The notes below the pieces were generated by a model. That model saw nothing but the letters and a program-made list of their open reading frames with translations. It was not told the origin of the DNA and did not search any database. A stretch of DNA of 64,000 nucleotides, from positions 386,981 to 450,980 of the forward strand of contig CAVZGV010000003.1 in assembly GCA_963774955.1 (NCBI GenBank), in the 5' to 3' direction. This DNA comes from Candidatus Falkowbacteria bacterium. Lineage in GTDB: Bacteria; Patescibacteriota; Patescibacteriia; CAIXNZ01. Below are positions 59,790 through 64,000 of the stretch, piece after piece (positions within the stretch are counted from its first letter, which is position 1; each line of letters opens with the position of its first letter). Made by a program: the position numbers and the translations under genes.

Positions 59790-60236
59790 ATGAAAATAAA
59801 TGATAAAATCGCCTTGTTTGAAGGCAAAACAATACGACGACATTGGGATGAGGAAAAAGAAAAATGGTATTTCTCGGTGGTGGATATTGTTGGGATTTTA
59901 AGTGAAAGCGCTGATCCGAGAAATTATTGGAAAGTTCTTAAAAATCGCCTTAAAGCAGAAGGTAGTGAGTTGGTTACAAAATGTAACCAACTGAAATTTT
60001 TGGCTAATGACGGTAAATATTATCTTTCCGATGCCGCTGATACCGAAACCTTGTTGCGTCTTATCCAGTCTGTGCCTAGTCCCAAGGCCGAGCCGGTTAA
60101 ACTATGGCTGGCAAAAGTCGGCTATGAAAGAATTCAAGAAACATTAGACCCTGAAAAATCTATAAATAGAGGTCGAGTAACTTGGCAAAGAATGGGTCAT
60201 AGTCAAAAATGGATCTTGGCAAAGATCGTAAATTAG
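59790..60236 (+). pseudogene. Bro-N/antirepressor-like protein, probably truncated
   Basis: WYFSVVDIV, YWKVLKNRL, LRLIQSVPSPKAEP; ends just after the G...WI motif. Confidence 0.7.
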
Positions 60237-60393
60237 ACCGTTGGCAGGGACATGATGATAAAATAACAAAAAACAAATTCCAAATAACAAATAAATCTCA
60301 AATAACAAATATATAAATAACAAACGTTTGGTATTTGAGGTTTGGCTAATGTAATTTATTTGTGATTTGATGCTTGAAATTTGGGATTTCAAT

Positions 60394-60720
60394 ATCATGC
60401 CCAATCATGTACACGTTGTTTTTTTATTGAAAGAGAATAATGATTTTGGCCAATCGGACGGTAGAGACACGGTTAACCGTGTCTCTACAGAACGTAAATT
60501 CGGTTCAGTCCCGCCAAAATCATTGTCATCAATTGTTAATACATTTAAAGGCGGCGTAACCCGTCGTTGTCATGAAAATAAATTGGATTTCCAATGGCAA
60601 TCAAATTATTACGAACATATCATCCGTGATGAAGACGATTATGCCCGCATTAAGGAATACATTTTCTGTAATCCCGGCAAATGGGCAGAAGACCGCAATA
60701 ATCCCATTAATATTAAATAA
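60394..60720 (+). mobile_element. 3' part of RAYT gene (partial copy B, mosaic)
   Basis: IMPNHVH to NPGKW; near-identical to the full copy centrally, diverged over the last ~100 nt. Confidence 0.85.
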
Positions 60721-60743
60721 AAATCTTATCTGAAATATTTTTA
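60718..60743 (+). repeat. Junction site
   Basis: TAAAAATCTTATCTGAAATATTTTTA. Confidence 0.8.
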
Positions 60744-60777
60744 AATATTATAACGTGAAATTATGTTGAATAAGACT

Positions 60778-61581
60778 ATGTCCAGCGAAGCGGAATCCCG
60801 CGTCTCGGGAAAAAAACTCGGATTGATCATATTGCCAATGTTGATCTTAATTATTTCAGGTTGCAGTCTGCCTTGGCAGGCGCCGCAACAGGTTGGCTGC
60901 GACCTGGACGCCAAACTTTGTCCGGATGGATCAGCTGTCGGCCGTAGCGGACCAAACTGCGAGTTTGCGGCTTGCCCGCAGATTGATATCAACCCTGCGA
61001 TTACTGATTTTAATTCCTGTTCCGCGGCCGGTTATCCGATTATGGAAAGTTATCCCCGACAATGCCGGGCTAATGGCCGGACTTATACGGAAAGATTGAT
61101 TGATAATAACAGCTCTAGTTGCACGATTAGTCCTAATTGCCAGCTGCCAATGGATTATGCGGTTCGTTCTAATTGTCCATACCAAGCTTATTGTTATAAT
61201 CAAAAATGCGTAGTCGGCTGTCCGTTATGGGATGAACCAACAAATTCTTGGGAGGTAAAATGTTCGGTTGATAAAGATTGTAATTGTGCTGCCTGGAATG
61301 AACAGGAAAATTATACTTGCGCTTGTGTGGACGGCCAATGCGCTTCTATTGTCTCCGGTCCAAGTTCTGAACAACCTGGTCCGGCCGCAGGCGATTATGC
61401 TGCTGATTGTCTCAAAAACAATGGTAATTGGCTGGAACAATATCGTGAGTGTGAATATAGCAGCCAAACCTGGTGTGATCAGGCTGGCGGTGTGTTTAAA
61501 GAATGTGAATCAGCTTGCCGCCATGATCCGCAGGCACAAATGTGCACCTTGCAATGCGTGCCCGTGTGCCAGTTGAAATAA
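60778..61581 (+). CDS. Multi-domain Cys-rich lipoprotein
   Basis: ISGC lipobox; CxxDAKxCPDGSxVGR module; GYPIMESYPRQC module; 8-Cys C-terminal module. Confidence 0.8.
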   Translation: MSSEAESRVSGKKLGLIILPMLILIISGCSLPWQAPQQVGCDLDAKLCPDGSAVGRSGPNCEFAACPQIDINPAITDFNSCSAAGYPIMESYPRQCRANGRTYTERLIDNNSSSCTISPNCQLPMDYAVRSNCPYQAYCYNQKCVVGCPLWDEPTNSWEVKCSVDKDCNCAAWNEQENYTCACVDGQCASIVSGPSSEQPGPAAGDYAADCLKNNGNWLEQYRECEYSSQTWCDQAGGVFKECESACRHDPQAQMCTLQCVPVCQLK

Positions 61582-61599
61582 AAACCTCAAAAAATAAAA

Positions 61600-62169
61600 A
61601 TGGATCGTGAATATTTTAAAAATCAATACCGTACCTCAACCAATCGGTTAAATTGTTGGGATTATAATTTGGCGGCAAAGTATTTTGTGACCATTTGCAC
61701 CCATGACCGCCAATGTTGCCTCGGTGAAGTCAAGAACGACAAGGTTATTTTGTTGGAGATTGGGAAGATGGTTTTTGAGGATTTGATGAATATACCCAAA
61801 TTACGCCCATATGTGTTGGTGGATGATTATGTCATCATGCCGAATCATGTACACATTGTTTTTTTATTGAAAGAGAATAATGATTTTGGCCAATCGGACG
61901 GTAGAGACACGGTTAACCGTGTCTCTACAGAACGTAAATTCGGTTCAGTCCCGCCAAAATCATTGTCATCAATTGTTAATACATTTAAAGGCGGCGTAAC
62001 CCGTCGTTGTCATGAAAATAAATTGGATTTCAAATGGCAATCAAATTATCACGAACATATCATCCGCGACGAGGACGATTATGCCCGGATCTGCGAATAT
62101 ATCCGCTGTAACCCGGGTAAATGGTCTGAAGATCGAAATAATCCTTTAAATATAAAAAATCTCATCTAA
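61600..62169 (+). mobile_element. REP-associated tyrosine transposase (RAYT, Y1 HUH family), full length
   Basis: YFVTICT, IMPNHVH (HUH), WQSNYHEHIIR, YIRCNP; internal GTAG palindrome at 61901-61928. Confidence 0.9.
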
Positions 62170-62180
62170 AATATTTTTTA
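62153..62180 (+). repeat. Junction site overlapping the RAYT stop codon
   Basis: TAAAAAATCTCATCTAAAATATTTTTTA. Confidence 0.85.
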
Positions 62181-62198
62181 ATAATTAATTTTATCAGT

Positions 62199-62444
62199 AT
62201 GCAAATTCCTTTTATTTTAATGGCAGTGATTGCGGTGACGATTATTGTCCTGCTGGTTGTTTTTTTAAAAAAAGGAAAACCTCAACCTTTGACACCCTTA
62301 ACCAGTCTGGCTTTTGTTTTAATTATTGCCGGAATAATCGGTAATTCCGTACTGGATAACAGATTTATCAGTTATGGGTTATTTGGTTTGGGCGTGGTTT
62401 TGGCGGTAATTGATATTGCGCTCAAGGCCAGAAAACAAAAATAA
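62199..62444 (+). CDS. Small three-TM membrane protein
   Basis: Three hydrophobic segments. Confidence 0.7.
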   Translation: MQIPFILMAVIAVTIIVLLVVFLKKGKPQPLTPLTSLAFVLIIAGIIGNSVLDNRFISYGLFGLGVVLAVIDIALKARKQK

Positions 62445-62670
62445 ATATGGATTTGAAAAAATGTAAATTACAAGCCAGTCGAAGGGTGGTCCGAAGATCA
62501 GAATAACTCCCTCGTTATCCGAAGCTCCGTAGGAGCGAAGGATAAGCGAATATTTTGTAATTATTTTTCCCTTGACATTTTTAGATTTTTATGATAAGTT
62601 TGATTGAAATATTGTTATTTCAAACAAATCAAAACCATCCAAGCATAAAGCTTGAGATGGTAAGGAGGAG

Positions 62671-63885
62671 ATGATGTCGTATAAGTTGGAAATGAAAATG
62701 CGGCCGAATATGATCGAGCGTCTGGAAATCGTGCCTGATTATATGGGCAGGGTTTACGATGCCATCGATTATTGGGACAGCCAGCTGAAATGCGAGCTGA
62801 CCATTCCGCTTCGCGGTCGGGAACAGAGCATTAAGTTTGTCTATGCGCCGCCTTCTTTTCTCAACTATCTGGGCGAAGGCGAAGTTTTCGGCGTCTACCT
62901 GGGTGATATGATTTTCATCAATGCCAATATCGGCGAAAATCGGCCCAACTGGGTGCCCTATATCATCCTTAAACTCTGGTCTGAACGTTTCGTTGATCAG
63001 GGCCTGGATGAAACCGGCAGAGTCAAGCATCTTCAGTCGTTGTGGGCCACCATTCGTTTTGCCGGCACGCAAATGCAGGCCGACGAATTGCGGGAATTCC
63101 TCAGCGCGCTGATGAAGCATGAAAGTACGGGTTATTTCCGTCTTGACGAGGAAGTCCGTAATTTCATTGAGGACGGCGGCGGCGATCCCAAAGCAGCCAA
63201 ACGCAAGTATCTGGAAAACCACCATCAGAGCCGTTGGGTTGTACGCGGCCGGATCGAGGAAGATCTGGTTTCAGCTCTGGGCGTCACAGCCTTTGACGGC
63301 TATCGTAATCATGCCGAGGCTATCCTGTCAGTCATCGGCGAGCTTGACGAGAAAAATCTGTACGTCATGGCGGTCTTTTTGCATGAGCTGGCCAGACTGG
63401 AACCCGGACGGGAATTGATCATCCAGCCGCCGTTTACATCCCTGGCGTATACGCTGACCAAAGAGTGCAACGGGTTTGTCGACCTGATCAAATTTTTGGA
63501 TCAGCCTGATAATCCTCAGGCAGAAGATGTGATTTGCCGTTTACCGTCAAAGCGGACAACCTGGCAGGCCCTGGGCAAGCGCATTACCTATCGCATCAGC
63601 AAGGCTGAAGAAAAGGTCAAAGCTTTGATTGAAACCGAGCAAAAGCGCCTGGCTGAAACTCTGAGCACTGCCCAGCAGGTCAATCAGCAGTTTGAAGTCT
63701 CAATGGCCACAGCCAAAAGCGCCCTGGCCAGAGTCAATGGTTTTGACGAAGCCAAACAGCTGCTGCAAAAGACCGGTGTTCAATTCCAGGGTGACATTGA
63801 AGCCCTGAGTTTGCTCAGCCGGACCACGGCGCAGAATCTGGCAGACCTTTCTCATCTGCAGATGATTCTGTTCGAACAGATCTAA
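62671..63885 (+). CDS. Hypothetical protein with C-terminal coiled coil
   Basis: TTGACA promoter, AGGAGG RBS, terminator at 63892-63924. Confidence 0.75.
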   Translation: MMSYKLEMKMRPNMIERLEIVPDYMGRVYDAIDYWDSQLKCELTIPLRGREQSIKFVYAPPSFLNYLGEGEVFGVYLGDMIFINANIGENRPNWVPYIILKLWSERFVDQGLDETGRVKHLQSLWATIRFAGTQMQADELREFLSALMKHESTGYFRLDEEVRNFIEDGGGDPKAAKRKYLENHHQSRWVVRGRIEEDLVSALGVTAFDGYRNHAEAILSVIGELDEKNLYVMAVFLHELARLEPGRELIIQPPFTSLAYTLTKECNGFVDLIKFLDQPDNPQAEDVICRLPSKRTTWQALGKRITYRISKAEEKVKALIETEQKRLAETLSTAQQVNQQFEVSMATAKSALARVNGFDEAKQLLQKTGVQFQGDIEALSLLSRTTAQNLADLSHLQMILFEQI

Positions 63886-63944
63886 AATCTTTAACCGCTT
63901 AGGCCATCAGGCTTAGGCGGTTTTATAATTCAGCTGATTTTGTA

Positions 63945-64000
63945 TTGAAAGAGCATGATGATTTTGGCCAACCGGAAGGTAGAGACACGGTTAACCGTGT
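63945..64000 (+). mobile_element. Start of another RAYT 3'-half copy (D), cut by the window edge
   Basis: ATTGAAAGAG...GGTAGAGACACGGTTAACCGTGT. Confidence 0.8.

Noticed and set aside
55816-60236. Prophage suggested by XRE/ImmA/Bro-N
   Set aside because: No integrase, terminase or structural genes
52290-62180. CRISPR array or classical integron
   Set aside because: Spacing is gene-sized and irregular; no attC R''/R' ends, intI or cas operon in the window
483-63491. Numerous antisense or overlapping ORFs in the supplied track (e.g. 483..878, 30532..30927, 41443..41922, 62629..63225)
   Set aside because: Shadows of well-supported genes, with no RBS or motifs

Overview
AT-rich bacterial window whose gene content (many lipoproteins, Cys-rich surface proteins, UvrD-PD-(D/E)XK fusion, short REP-like palindromes) suggests a CPR/Patescibacteria chromosome; this assignment is inference. 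Recognisable genes: rlmN, UvrD/PcrA-nuclease, RNA ligase, PHP, RhuM-Fic, a dinD fragment, M23 peptidase, lexA, a Type I-like/IIB-like R-M pair, GmrSD, thermonuclease, XRE/ImmA, rSAM-SPASM and a REP-associated tyrosine transposase (RAYT). The main unexplained structure is at ~52.3-62.2 kb: co-oriented defence/accessory modules separated at their stop codons by a recurring ~27-bp site (TAAAAATCTCATCTAAAATATTTTTTA) that also ends the RAYT gene and its partial copies, resembling an integron-like cassette array without attC sites. Other candidates: a LexA-led R-M operon with an embedded protease + HEPN-like pair; a J-domain kinase / vWA / pyruvate-kinase-like operon; a ~270-nt structured ncRNA with its own promoter and terminator; 15/30-nt hairpin insertions in signal peptides; a circularly permuted DsbA; and a GHMP-wHTH protein with three matching direct-repeat promoters. 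No tRNA, rRNA or CRISPR array was seen. All calls are from manual motif reading; no searches were run.
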